Source: an uncultured Myxococcales bacterium (lineage in GTDB: Bacteria; Myxococcota_A; UBA9042; GCA-2863065). From it: a stretch of 64,000 nt of DNA. The position numbers and the translations under genes are program-made. Positions 28,384 to 38,342 of this stretch are shown here, one piece after another. The notes beneath the pieces were generated by a model. It saw only the letters and a program-made list of their open reading frames with translations. It was not told where the DNA came from and searched no databases. The stretch is taken from contig CAZJHX010000014.1 of NCBI GenBank assembly GCA_964545715.1, positions 17,789 through 81,788 on the forward strand, written 5' to 3'. Position 1 is the first letter of the stretch; every line of letters begins with the position of its first letter.

Positions 28384-29138
28384 TGTTGGAGATCAACGAC
28401 GTCAGCCTGGCCTTTGCCGGCGTGCAGGCGCTCTCCGGCGTGTCCCTGGAGGTGGCGGACGGCTCGCTGACGGCGATCATCGGCCCCAACGGCGCGGGCA
28501 AGACGTCGCTGTTCAACTGCGTGTGTGGTGTCTACCGGCCGCAGGTCGGGCGCATACGGCTGCAGGGCCGGGAGATCACGCCGCTGCAGCCGTTTGAGAT
28601 CGCTGAGCTGGGCGTGGCGCGCATGTTTCAAAACCTGGCGCTGTTCGAGCACCTGACGACGCTGGAAAACCTGATGCTGGGCCGCCACCACCGCTACAAG
28701 GCGTCGTGGTGGCAGAACATGCTGTGGACGCCGGCCGCGCGCCGCGAAGAGATCGCCTGCCGCACCCGCGCCGAGGAGGTCATCGACTTCCTGAATCTGG
28801 AGCGCTATCGCAAGCTGCCGGTGGGCATGCTGCCGTACGGCGTGCTCAAGCGCATCGAGCTGGGACGAGCGCTGATGAGCGAGCCCCGGGTGCTGCTGCT
28901 GGACGAGCCGGCGGCCGGTCTCAACCACGAAGAGACCGAGGACATGGCGCGGTACCTGTTGGACGTCAAGGAGGAGCTGGGCATCACCCAGATCCTGATC
29001 GAGCACGAGCTGCGCTTTGTGATGGACCTGGCGGACACGATCGCGGTGCTGGATTTCGGGCGCAAGATCGCCGACGGCACACCCGAGGTCATCCGAACGG
29101 ACCGCGCGGTGACGGAGGCCTATGCCGGCGTCGCGTGA
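28371..29138 (+). CDS. Branched-chain amino acid ABC transporter ATP-binding protein, LivG-like
   Basis: Walker A GPNGAGKTS, LivG-type insertion, Walker B LLLLDEPAAGLN. Start overlaps the livF-like stop. Confidence 0.85.
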
Positions 29139-30948
29139 CCATCTGCAGCAGCTGCTGGCGGGACGTCTGAGCCTGCTGGCCAAAGAGCGCGGCGACACGT
29201 GCGCCCTGCGCGAGAAGCGGCTGGGGATCTGGCAGCCCATCACCTGGCAGACGTACTACGACAACGTAGCGGCGGCGGGTCGTATGCTCTGGGAGCTGGG
29301 GGTGCGCCCGGGTGACCACGTGGCCATTCTCAGCGACAACCGGCCCGAGTGGCTGTACGCCGATCTGGGCGCTCAGGGCATCGGCGCGCGGGCGGTCGGC
29401 ATCTACCAGACCAACCCGCCGCCGGACTGCGCGTACGTGTTGTCGCACAGCGGGTCCAAAGTGCTCGTGTGCGAGGATCAGGAGCAGGTCGACAAGGCGA
29501 TCGAGGTCGCCGACGAGACACCGACCGTGGAGCACGTCGTGGTGATCGACCCCCGCGGCACCCGACACTACACCGACAAGCGCCTGATGACCTGGGACGC
29601 CTTCCTGTCGAAGGGCCGGTCGCTGCTGGAGCCCGGCTGGTTCCACAATCAGCTGGCCGAGCGCGATCCGGCCGCACCCTCGATGGTTGTCTACACCAGC
29701 GGCACTACCGGAGACCCCAAAGGCGCCCTGCTCTCTTGTCGCAACGTGGTCGAGAGCGCCAGCGCCATGGTGCCGCTGCTGGCGATCGACGAGCGTGACT
29801 GCGTGCTCTCATACCTGCCGCTGTGCCACGTGGCCGAGAAGATCTTCAGCCTGTATCTGCCGCTGACGGCGGGCGCCGTCGTGCACTTCGGCGAGTCGAT
29901 CGCCACGGTGCGCGAGGACCTCAAGGAGGTGAGCCCCACGGTCTTCCTGGGCGTGCCGCGCATCTGGGAGAAGATGCACGCCAATGTAACGCTGAAGATG
30001 CAGGACTCCAGCTGGCTGAAGCGCACGCTGTTCAACGTGTTCACGCGGGCGGGCCGAGCCATCGCAAAGCGGCGCAGCCAGGGGCGCGGCTCGGTGATCG
30101 ACGCGGTGGTGTGGTGGGTCGGCGACAAGCTGGTCTATCGGCCGCTGCAAGAGCGACTGGGCCTGCGCCGCTGCCGGCTGCCGGTGTCCGGAGCGGCCCC
30201 CATCTCGGTCCAGCTGCTGGAGTGGTTTCACGGCATCGGCGTGCCCGTCGGCGAGGGCTACGGCATGACCGAGTGCGGCGGCGTCAGCCACTTGAACCCG
30301 CCCGACGCCATCGTGCTTGGCACAGTGGGCCAGACCCTGACAGGCACCGACTGCGAGCTGGCAGAGGACGGCGAGATCCTGCTCATGGGCAGCCACGTCT
30401 TCTGCGGCTACCTGCACAACGAGGAGGCCACGCGCGAGACTATCGATGAGCAGGGGCGGCTGCACACAGGCGACGTCGGCAGCCTGGACGAGCGCGGCTA
30501 CCTGCGGATCACCGGCCGTAAAAAGGAGATCATCATCACGGCGGGCGGCAAGAATCTGTCGCCGGAGAAGATCGAGAACACGCTGAAGATGAGCCCCTTC
30601 ATCAAGGAGGCGGTGGCTATCGGCGACGCGCGCAAGTTCATCAGCGCGCTGATCCAGATCGACTACGACGCGGTGGGCGACTGGGCCATGCGGCGGGCGA
30701 TCACCTACACCAGCTTTGAGGATCTGGCGGCCAAACCACAGGTGGCCGACCTGGTGAAGCGCGAGCTGGATGAGCTGAACGAGGCCCACCTGGCGCGGGT
30801 CGAGCACGTGCGCCAATTTCGGCTCTTCGACAAAGAGCTGCACCAGGACGACGGCGAGCTGACAGCCACCCAGAAGGTCCGCAGGCGCGCGATTCACGCC
30901 AAGTACGGGGCGCTGATCGAGTCGATCTACGGCGGGCCGGCCGCATGA
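29122..30948 (+). CDS. AMP-dependent acyl-CoA synthetase/ligase (long-chain fatty acid-CoA ligase-like) embedded in the Liv-type ABC operon
   Basis: AMP-binding motif YTSGTTGDPKGA, with the GEGYGMTE and ITGRKKEII motifs. It overlaps both neighbours (17 nt and 4 nt). Confidence 0.85.
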   Translation: MPASRDHLQQLLAGRLSLLAKERGDTCALREKRLGIWQPITWQTYYDNVAAAGRMLWELGVRPGDHVAILSDNRPEWLYADLGAQGIGARAVGIYQTNPPPDCAYVLSHSGSKVLVCEDQEQVDKAIEVADETPTVEHVVVIDPRGTRHYTDKRLMTWDAFLSKGRSLLEPGWFHNQLAERDPAAPSMVVYTSGTTGDPKGALLSCRNVVESASAMVPLLAIDERDCVLSYLPLCHVAEKIFSLYLPLTAGAVVHFGESIATVREDLKEVSPTVFLGVPRIWEKMHANVTLKMQDSSWLKRTLFNVFTRAGRAIAKRRSQGRGSVIDAVVWWVGDKLVYRPLQERLGLRRCRLPVSGAAPISVQLLEWFHGIGVPVGEGYGMTECGGVSHLNPPDAIVLGTVGQTLTGTDCELAEDGEILLMGSHVFCGYLHNEEATRETIDEQGRLHTGDVGSLDERGYLRITGRKKEIIITAGGKNLSPEKIENTLKMSPFIKEAVAIGDARKFISALIQIDYDAVGDWAMRRAITYTSFEDLAAKPQVADLVKRELDELNEAHLARVEHVRQFRLFDKELHQDDGELTATQKVRRRAIHAKYGALIESIYGGPAA

Positions 30949-31844
30949 CGTCCCTGCTTCAGTTGGTGCTCGACGGCCTGGCGCTGGGCGCGATCTACGC
31001 GCTGGTGGCGCTGGGCTTCGTCGTGATCTACCGCTCCAGCCAGGTCTTCAACTTTGCCCAGGGCGAGCTGCTGGCCTTTGGGGCCCTGAGCATGCTGAGT
31101 CTGCACGATCTGGGGCTGCCGTGGCTGATCGCCCTGCTGGCAGCCATGACCCTGACCGGCGTGCTGGGCGTGATCGTGGAGCGCATTCTGCTGCGACCGT
31201 TGGTGGGCAAGCCGGTCTTTGTGACGGTGATCCTGACTATCTTCGTGGGGTTGATCCTGCGCACGTTCATGATCATCTGGTGGGGCGCCGAGCCGCTGGG
31301 CATGGCGCCGACCCCCTGGGCGCCGGACGCGTCGGTCGACATCCTGGGCAGCACGGTCTGGGTCAGCAGCCTGGCCGCCATCGCAGCCGCAGTCATCGCG
31401 CTGGGCGCCTTCTACCTGCTGATCCGCTTCACGCGCCTGGGTGTGGCCATGCGCGCGACCGCCAGCGATCAGGAGACCGCCATGGCGTTGGGCATCCCGG
31501 TGGGCGTCGTCTTCGGCACCGCCTGGTTCGTCGCGGGCGCCCTGGCCGCGCTGGCCGGCGTCTTTCTGGGCATGTCGCCCCGCGCGGTGGAGGTCAACCT
31601 GGGCTACACCGCGCTGGCCGCCTTCCCCGCGGTGCTCGTCGGCGGCCTGGACTCGGCTCAGGGCGCGGTGATCGCCGGCTTCATGCTCGGCGTCCTGGAG
31701 CTGCTCGCGCAGGCGTACGTCAACCCGGCGCTGGGCGACTTCGGCCAGGGCTTTCACGCGGTCTTCCCATACGTGGTGATGATCCTCTTTCTGGTGGTGC
31801 GCCCATACGGGCTCTTCGGGACGGAGGAGGTCGAGCGGGTCTGA
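30945..31844 (+). CDS. Branched-chain amino acid ABC transporter permease, LivH-like
   Basis: Hydrophobic 299-aa protein. N-terminal LLQLVLDGLALGAIYALVALGFVVIY is typical of LivH. Confidence 0.85.
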   Translation: MTSLLQLVLDGLALGAIYALVALGFVVIYRSSQVFNFAQGELLAFGALSMLSLHDLGLPWLIALLAAMTLTGVLGVIVERILLRPLVGKPVFVTVILTIFVGLILRTFMIIWWGAEPLGMAPTPWAPDASVDILGSTVWVSSLAAIAAAVIALGAFYLLIRFTRLGVAMRATASDQETAMALGIPVGVVFGTAWFVAGALAALAGVFLGMSPRAVEVNLGYTALAAFPAVLVGGLDSAQGAVIAGFMLGVLELLAQAYVNPALGDFGQGFHAVFPYVVMILFLVVRPYGLFGTEEVERV

Positions 31845-32953
31845 TGCCGACACGTCCTCTCGTCACCAGCTACAAGCAGGACATGCGCCTGTTCCCGGAC
31901 CTCTGGCACAAGCTGGGTCTGGTGGTGTGGACCGCTCTGCTGCTGGTCTTTCCCCTGGCGTTTGACGACCACTGGGTGACCATCGCCAACAACTGCGCCA
32001 TCGCGGTGGTCGGCGCCACGGCGCTGATGATCCTGACGGGCTTTGCGGGCCAGATCAGCCTGGGCCACGCGGCGTTTCTGGCCCTGGGCGCGTACACCAC
32101 CGCAGTGCTGGGCGGCCAATACGACGTCCCGTTCTGGCTCGGCATCCCCGCCGGCGGCGTGGTGGCCGCGGTCGTCGGCTTGATGGTCGGCCCGTTCGCG
32201 CTGCGCCTACGCGGCCTCTACCTGGCGATCGTGACCGTGGGCCTGGTCTTTCTGGTCAACCACGTGCTGCTCCACATGCCGGACATCACGGGCGGCCCGA
32301 CCGGCATCGAGGTCTCCAGCCGCTACTGGTTCGGCGGCGCAGGAGCGGCCGAGACAGACCTGCCGGTGCTCGACAACTTCACCAGCCGCAACCCGCTGGA
32401 GCTGGGCCCGCTCTACTTCAACTTTGGCCAGCTGCTCTACTACTTCTTTCTGGTCTTCGCCCTGGCCACGGTCATGCTGGCCAAGAACCTGCAGCGCAGC
32501 ACGACGGGCCGCGCGATGATGGCCGTCCGCGACCAGGACATCGCCGCCGCCGTCCTGGGCGTGCACCCGGCGCGCGTGAAGATCATCGCCTTCGGCGTCT
32601 CCAGCTTCCTGGCGGGCGTGGCCGGCGGCATGCTGGCGGTGCAGCAGACCTACCTGAGCATCGAGAACTTCAACCTGCACATGAGCATCGAGTACATCGC
32701 GATGATCGTGCTGGGCGGCATCGGCACGGTCTTCGGCGCCGTCGCGGGCGGCATTGCGTTTGTCATCCTGGACCCGATCGGCCAGTTCGTCACCGAGTTC
32801 CTGCCCTTCATGGCTGAGTGGTCCGACAACCAGCGCGCCACCGTGCTGTTTGCCGGCGTGGTCTGCGGGTTCCTGATCTTCGAGCCGCTGGGTTTGTTCG
32901 GAATCTGGCTACGGATCAAGCGGTACTTCGCCGGATGGCCCTTCCGCTACTAA
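31844..32953 (+). CDS. Branched-chain amino acid ABC transporter permease, LivM-like
   Basis: The ATG overlaps the livH-like TGA (TGATG). It is in the same frame as the C-terminal part of ORF 31121-32953. The upstream part of that ORF is an out-of-frame overlap with livH. Confidence 0.8.
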   Translation: MPTRPLVTSYKQDMRLFPDLWHKLGLVVWTALLLVFPLAFDDHWVTIANNCAIAVVGATALMILTGFAGQISLGHAAFLALGAYTTAVLGGQYDVPFWLGIPAGGVVAAVVGLMVGPFALRLRGLYLAIVTVGLVFLVNHVLLHMPDITGGPTGIEVSSRYWFGGAGAAETDLPVLDNFTSRNPLELGPLYFNFGQLLYYFFLVFALATVMLAKNLQRSTTGRAMMAVRDQDIAAAVLGVHPARVKIIAFGVSSFLAGVAGGMLAVQQTYLSIENFNLHMSIEYIAMIVLGGIGTVFGAVAGGIAFVILDPIGQFVTEFLPFMAEWSDNQRATVLFAGVVCGFLIFEPLGLFGIWLRIKRYFAGWPFRY

Positions 32954-34552
32954 TTACGACGTCGGCGTCGGCGGCGGCGCGTCCGCTGGGCGGGCGGCCG
33001 ATGCGTCACGTGAGGCGGCTTCATAGCGACGTTTGAGGATGTCTGAGGCCACCTCTCGTCCGCCCAGGCCGAAGGCGAGCGCGCCGGCCAGGCACAATGC
33101 GCCAAATAGAATGGCAAACGACGTGGTCACAAAGCTCTGGGCGACGTTGAGTTGGTGCAGCGCCATCGTGAACGAGAAGACCAGGATCGCGTAGCGGGCG
33201 ATCGACGCCAGCCACTGGCGCTCGGCGTTGTCGTCGGATGCGGTGGAGGCGATCAGGTCCTGGACGAAGGCGCCCAGCGCAAACGCGATGCCGACGATGA
33301 TGATCGCCGGCAGAACATTCTGCACCGCGTAGCCCAGCAGCGTGTCCAGGTACGAGGCCCAGGTCGTCAGCTCGATGTTCTCCAGGGCCTGGACGGTAGC
33401 GATCAGGACCACGGCGACGCCGGCGACGCGCCCAGCCAGCAGGCTGGGTCGAGCCAGGTGTTCGTTCTTTTCGGCCAGGTCGGCCATCCCCACGCGCGAG
33501 AGCAACGTGTCGAATCCAAGCCCCTCGAGCAGGCTGGTCGTGATCTCCTTTGCGAAGCGGGCAAGCACGACGCCGATCGCCACGATGATCCCGGACATGA
33601 GCGCAGCCGGCAGGATCGCCCAGAACCGGCCCATCATGGACGCGAGCGGATCGGCCAAGGTGGTGATGCCCAGCTTGCCCAGCGCGGCGATGACCGCGTG
33701 GATCAGAATGAAGGCCATCACGAGCAGGCCCGCGACGTCGCTTGCGGGCTGCTTCTCAAACACCTTTTGCAGCTTCAGCCGGTCGACCAGGCGGTCCAGA
33801 CCACCAGAGGCCAACAGGTTGGAGACGATGGTGCGTGCCAGCTTGCCGCCGACATAACCGATGAGCAGGATGGCGGCGGCCACAGCAAACGCGGGCAGCA
33901 TGTTCAGGGCGGTGGCCAGCACCTCCTTCAGCGGGTCGACAAGGGCTGTGATCCCAAGCGCGTCCATCGTCGCGGTGAGTCCAAAGAACAGGCACAGCCA
34001 GTACACGAAGCGACCCAGCCGATGTGAAAAGTTGGTGGGCACGACGGCGGGCGTGTCCTCACCCTGGCTGCTCCACCGCGCAAGGCGCGCGTCCATGTCC
34101 GTCTCTTTGAGCACCTTCTCGGTAAAGGCGCCCAATGCCCGGCCGGCGATCCACGCGACAGCGACGATGAGGATGGCCTTTCCGATCATCGGCAACGCCA
34201 ACGCCACGGTGCCCAGCAGCGCCTCGACGGGAGCGGCCGCCTGCGAGAGCCCGACAAAGTCCAGCACGGCGACGAGTACCGCCGCCATCAGCAGCCAAAA
34301 GACCAGCGCGGAGCCGATCCGCTCGATCAGGTCGTCGTCCTTGATCGTCACGCCCATGGCGGACGCCAGGCGGTTGTCAACGTCGGTGCCCTTCAGCGCC
34401 CGAAACGTCACTCCGGCGACAAACTTCGCGGCCAGGTAACCCAAAACGAACAGGACAAACGCCAGTCCGACGCGCGTGACGAGCTGAACCGCGTCTACGC
34501 TCAACATATCAGCCAGATCGACGGCCGCGATCGGCAGTGCCTGGAACTCCAT
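32954..34552 (-). CDS. Integral membrane protein built from repeated conserved-TM-helix (MscS-associated TM_helix-like) units
   Basis: About 5 repeats of a hydrophobic helix followed by LxxLGITxLxDPL-type segments. GGGAG RBS before the ATG of MEFQALPIAAV. Confidence 0.6.
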   Translation of the reverse strand: MEFQALPIAAVDLADMLSVDAVQLVTRVGLAFVLFVLGYLAAKFVAGVTFRALKGTDVDNRLASAMGVTIKDDDLIERIGSALVFWLLMAAVLVAVLDFVGLSQAAAPVEALLGTVALALPMIGKAILIVAVAWIAGRALGAFTEKVLKETDMDARLARWSSQGEDTPAVVPTNFSHRLGRFVYWLCLFFGLTATMDALGITALVDPLKEVLATALNMLPAFAVAAAILLIGYVGGKLARTIVSNLLASGGLDRLVDRLKLQKVFEKQPASDVAGLLVMAFILIHAVIAALGKLGITTLADPLASMMGRFWAILPAALMSGIIVAIGVVLARFAKEITTSLLEGLGFDTLLSRVGMADLAEKNEHLARPSLLAGRVAGVAVVLIATVQALENIELTTWASYLDTLLGYAVQNVLPAIIIVGIAFALGAFVQDLIASTASDDNAERQWLASIARYAILVFSFTMALHQLNVAQSFVTTSFAILFGALCLAGALAFGLGGREVASDILKRRYEAASRDASAARPADAPPPTPTS

Positions 34553-34716
34553 GGACTCCCCCTTCCCGACCGCGAGGGCCGGCAAAACAATCTTGTGCAG
34601 ATGGCCTCAGCATCGCAGCGCGGGGCACCGGCTGCAAGGCCGATGCTCGGAACGCGGCATCAGCGAGGGGGGCGCTTACTTCGCCCTGCCTTTGGACGGC
34701 TGCTAGACTGGCGGCC

Positions 34717-36588
34717 GTGTCAGAGGCGGAACAACGGCAGCAGGCGCAGCAATTGGTGCAGGAGGGGCTGAAGTCCCGCCGAGCCGGACGCCACGCCGAG
34801 GGTCGGGCCGCGTACCTGGAGGCGCTGGATATCTATGCCGAGCTGGGGGACGCCGGGGCGCAGGCCGTCTGCCTGAACAACCTCGGCGCCCTGGAGTATG
34901 TGACCGGCGAGCTGGACGGCGCGTTTGCCCGCTTCGAGGCGGCGTGCGCCAAGGCCCAGGAGGCCGGGCGCATGCAGGCGGCGGCGTTTGCGCTGGGCAA
35001 CCTGGGCATGATCCAGGCGGACCGGGGCGACCGGGTGCAGGCCGTCGCGTTCTACAAAGAGTCGCTGGCCATGCACGAGGCGGGCGGAAACCGGCGCGGC
35101 GCGGCGATGCAGCACGGCAACATCGGGCTGCTCGAGCTGGCGCTGGGAGACCTGGATGCCGCAGCGACGCACCTGAGTGGCGCGCTGGAGGCCTTTTTTG
35201 AAATCGGCGACGCAGCAGGTGCGGGCAACGCGCTGAACTCCCTGGGCGAGGTGGCGCGCACACGAGGCGACCTGAACGGGGCGCGCGAGTCGTTTATGAA
35301 AGCGCTGGCGCTTTTCAGCGGTGAGGGCATCGCGGACGGACGCATCCTGGTGCTGCAGAACCTGGGCAACCTGGAGCGGGTGCGCGGGGAGCTGGACGCA
35401 GCCGAGAAGGCGTTTGGCGAGGCGCTGGCGGCCGCGACCGAGGCTGGGGAGCCGCGCCATCAAGCCGCAGCGCACACAAACCTGGGCAACGTGCACATGG
35501 CGCGCGGTGATCGGGAGGCAGCGCGAGCGGCGTATCAGGCCAGCCTGGGGCTGCATGAGCAGATGCGCTTTCCACTGGGCGAGGCGGGCGATCTCTCCAA
35601 TCTGGCCAACGTGCTGGCGGAAGAGGGCGACATCGAGGGCGCGCTCGGCCAATACCACGAGGCGCTGTCACGGTACGCCCAGATGGAGCACGCGCAAGGC
35701 GAGATCACGGTGCGGGCGCTGGTGGGTCAGGCCACGGTGCAGCTGGGGCGATACGCGGAGGCGCGGGAGACCTTTGAGCTGGGTTTGGCGCGCGCCGAGC
35801 AGACGCAGTTCTTGCTGGGTGAGGCGCTGCACCGCAGCGGGCTGGCGGGGCTGGACCTGGCGGCGGGACGGCTGGAGGCGGCGCACGAGGGCCTGACGGC
35901 GGCCGAGAAGGCGTTCGCCACGGCGGGAGATGCACGGGCACGGGCCGCGACGCTGCAGGCGATCGCAGAGGTGGCGTGCTGGCGCGGCGGCTTTGATGCG
36001 GCGCGCAAGGCAGCGCGAGAGGCGCGGGCGTTTTTTGTGTCGCACGGGTTCCCGCTGGGGGCGGCCGACGGCGCGTGCACGCTGGCATTTGTGGAAGAGA
36101 TGGCGGGCGCGTACGAGACGGCGCGCGAACTGTACGGCGAGGCGTGCGAGACGTACTCCGCGCTGGATAACCCGGTGGGGCTGGCGTCGGTTTATACCGG
36201 GCTGGCCCGCGTGGCCTGCAAGCGGCGCGAGCCGGATGTGGCGTTGGGTTTTTTGTCGCGCGCGGAGCCGCTGTGGCATGTGGCGGCGCACCCGCGTGGG
36301 CAGGCGGACATGCTGTGTGCGCGGGGCGACGCTCGGACGCGACGGGGCGAGCTGGACCAGGCCATCGACGACCTTGAGCAGGCGCTGGGGACGTACCGCG
36401 ATCTGGGTCATCAGCTCGGTGAGGCGGTGACCTGGCGCAACCTGGCGCGCGCTTACGCGACGCTGGACGATCAGCCGCAGACGCAGGCAGCCTATGGCCG
36501 CGCGTTGGCCCTTTTTCGGGGAATGGGCGCCCAGGCCGAGGCGTTGCGGACGGAGCTCGAGGCGGACTGGGCTGACTGGGCTGACTGA
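34717..36588 (+). CDS. Large TPR-repeat protein
   Basis: About 14 tandem 34-40-aa A/L/G-rich repeats of the type AxxxNLGxxxxxxGdxxxAxxxxxxAL. A GTG start at 34717 is preferred over the ORF-track Met, which lies in GC-rich upstream noise. Confidence 0.7.
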   Translation: MSEAEQRQQAQQLVQEGLKSRRAGRHAEGRAAYLEALDIYAELGDAGAQAVCLNNLGALEYVTGELDGAFARFEAACAKAQEAGRMQAAAFALGNLGMIQADRGDRVQAVAFYKESLAMHEAGGNRRGAAMQHGNIGLLELALGDLDAAATHLSGALEAFFEIGDAAGAGNALNSLGEVARTRGDLNGARESFMKALALFSGEGIADGRILVLQNLGNLERVRGELDAAEKAFGEALAAATEAGEPRHQAAAHTNLGNVHMARGDREAARAAYQASLGLHEQMRFPLGEAGDLSNLANVLAEEGDIEGALGQYHEALSRYAQMEHAQGEITVRALVGQATVQLGRYAEARETFELGLARAEQTQFLLGEALHRSGLAGLDLAAGRLEAAHEGLTAAEKAFATAGDARARAATLQAIAEVACWRGGFDAARKAAREARAFFVSHGFPLGAADGACTLAFVEEMAGAYETARELYGEACETYSALDNPVGLASVYTGLARVACKRREPDVALGFLSRAEPLWHVAAHPRGQADMLCARGDARTRRGELDQAIDDLEQALGTYRDLGHQLGEAVTWRNLARAYATLDDQPQTQAAYGRALALFRGMGAQAEALRTELEADWADWAD

Positions 36589-36647
36589 GGCCAATCGAGT
36601 ACTATCCGCTGCGCAACCCTGTTCTTGGATTTCGGAGAAGTAAACAA

Positions 36648-38225
36648 ATGAAGGTGTACCTGGGCGTGCTGGTCGCAGCGGCGGCGCTGATTTGCAGCGG
36701 CTGCAGCAAGAAAGAGAGCTCCAGCTCGGAGGACAAGCCGTCCGAAGAGAAGACGGTCGAGGCCACAAAGAGCGGTGTGAGCGGTGATCTGGCCGACCAG
36801 ATCGAAGAGCTGATCGACATGTCCGAGGACAACTTCGACACGGTCCGCATCGACGCGTCCAAGAAGGACTCGGGCGGCGACGACAACTACGAGGTCAAAG
36901 GCGGCTTCAACGCGTGCGGCCCCAAGAGCGAATACAACAAGGTGTGGCACTGGCGGTCGATGAAGGGCAACTGGGAGTACGTCTGCGACGTCAACTTCGA
37001 CAACCACCAGGACGCGACCGCCTACTACGACGACATGAAGGAGATCCTGACCGGGGTGAAAGAGTTTGAGTGGGTGGCTGAAAAGAAGGTCAACGACCAG
37101 ACGCGCCGCCGGCTGGAAGGGTACATGGACGACCCGCCGCACAAGATCATGTTCGATTACGACGTGTCGGCGGACGGCTCGGTCGAGATCGAGTTCTGGT
37201 TCAAGCAAAAGCGCAATCCGGGCGGCAGCGCGGCAGCGGCCCCGTCGACGGACAAACCGGCGCCGGCCAAGAGCGGAGGTAGCGGCGACGGCGGCATCAG
37301 CCCGAACCTGAAGAGCGAGGTGGCGCAGCTGCTGGGCTACTCCATGAAAAACTTCGAGGCGATTCGCGACGACTCCAGCGCCTCCGATCTGGGCGGCGAC
37401 GCCAGCTATCGGATCAAGGGCGACTTCAACGCCTGCGGTGAGAAGAGCGAGTACAACAAGGTCTGGCACTGGAAGACCATGAAGGGCAACTGGGAGTACG
37501 TGTGCGACGTCGACTTCAGCAACGAGAAGGACGCCACGGCCTACTACGATGCGATGAAGGCGGTGCTCCTGACGGTGCCGGGCTACACGTGGGCGCCCGA
37601 GAAGGCGGCCGGGTCGACGGCGCGCCGGGTCGAGGGGCTGATGAAGAGCCCGCCGCGCAAGATCATGTTCGACTACGATCGCGGCCAGGACGGCGCCGTC
37701 GAGATCGAGTTCTGGTACAAGCAGAAGGACAACCCGGGGCCGGTCAAGGCGGGCGCGGCGCCGCCGAGCGGTGGCGATACGAGCATCAGCCCGATCCTGG
37801 CGTCGCAGGTGAAGCAGCTGATCGCCTTTGCCAAGAGCGACTTCTCGGCGATTCGCATCGACTCCACTGAGTCCGACATGGGCGGTGACAAGTCCTACCG
37901 GGTCAAGGGCTTCAACGCGTGCGGCGAGAAGAGCGAGTACAACAAGGTCTGGCACTGGAAGACCATGCGCGGCAACTGGGAGTATGTCTGTGACGTCGAC
38001 TTCAGCAACACCGCCGACGCCACCGCGTATTACGACGCCATGAAGGCCGTGCTGACCGGCATCGGCAGCTTCAAATGGTCGCCCGAGCGGCCGGGCAGCG
38101 GCAGCACAAAGCGGCGCCTGGAGGGGTTCTCGAGCGACCCCAAGCTGAAGATCATGTTTGATTTCGATCAGAGCGGCGACGGCAGCGTCGAGATCGAGTT
38201 CTGGTTCAAACAGAAGTTCAAGTAG
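36648..38225 (+). CDS. Secreted lipoprotein with three tandem copies of an unrecognised ~160-aa domain (paralog A)
   Basis: MKVYLGVLVAAAALICSGCS lipobox. Each repeat carries FNACG(P/E)KSEYNKVWHW(K/R)(S/T)MKGNWEYVCDV(D/N)F ... AYYD.MK ... TRRRLEGY ... PP.KIMFDYD ... GSVEIEFWFKQK.NPG. Confidence 0.8.
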   Translation: MKVYLGVLVAAAALICSGCSKKESSSSEDKPSEEKTVEATKSGVSGDLADQIEELIDMSEDNFDTVRIDASKKDSGGDDNYEVKGGFNACGPKSEYNKVWHWRSMKGNWEYVCDVNFDNHQDATAYYDDMKEILTGVKEFEWVAEKKVNDQTRRRLEGYMDDPPHKIMFDYDVSADGSVEIEFWFKQKRNPGGSAAAAPSTDKPAPAKSGGSGDGGISPNLKSEVAQLLGYSMKNFEAIRDDSSASDLGGDASYRIKGDFNACGEKSEYNKVWHWKTMKGNWEYVCDVDFSNEKDATAYYDAMKAVLLTVPGYTWAPEKAAGSTARRVEGLMKSPPRKIMFDYDRGQDGAVEIEFWYKQKDNPGPVKAGAAPPSGGDTSISPILASQVKQLIAFAKSDFSAIRIDSTESDMGGDKSYRVKGFNACGEKSEYNKVWHWKTMRGNWEYVCDVDFSNTADATAYYDAMKAVLTGIGSFKWSPERPGSGSTKRRLEGFSSDPKLKIMFDFDQSGDGSVEIEFWFKQKFK

Positions 38226-38272
38226 ACATTCAAGATATCCAACCCGGGGAAATATCCCCAAGCCGCGCGACG

Positions 38273-38298
38273 TTGCCGCATTGATACCAATTGCGGCA
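38273..38298. promoter_or_regulatory. Imperfect inverted repeat TTGCCGCAttgataccaATTGCGGCA in the intergenic region between paralogs A and B
   Basis: Seen directly in the sequence about 45 nt upstream of the paralog B start. It could be an operator or a weak terminator. No T-tract follows. Confidence 0.25.
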
Positions 38299-38342
38299 CC
38301 ATGGGCGGACTTCACCAAATGTACGAAAAATGGAGAGTACAC

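Noticed and set aside
31121-32953. 610-aa ORF suggesting a much longer livM
   Set aside because: The upstream 240 codons are an alternative frame over livH and are Arg/Gly-rich with no TM character. The true livM start is the ATG at 31844, which overlaps the livH stop.
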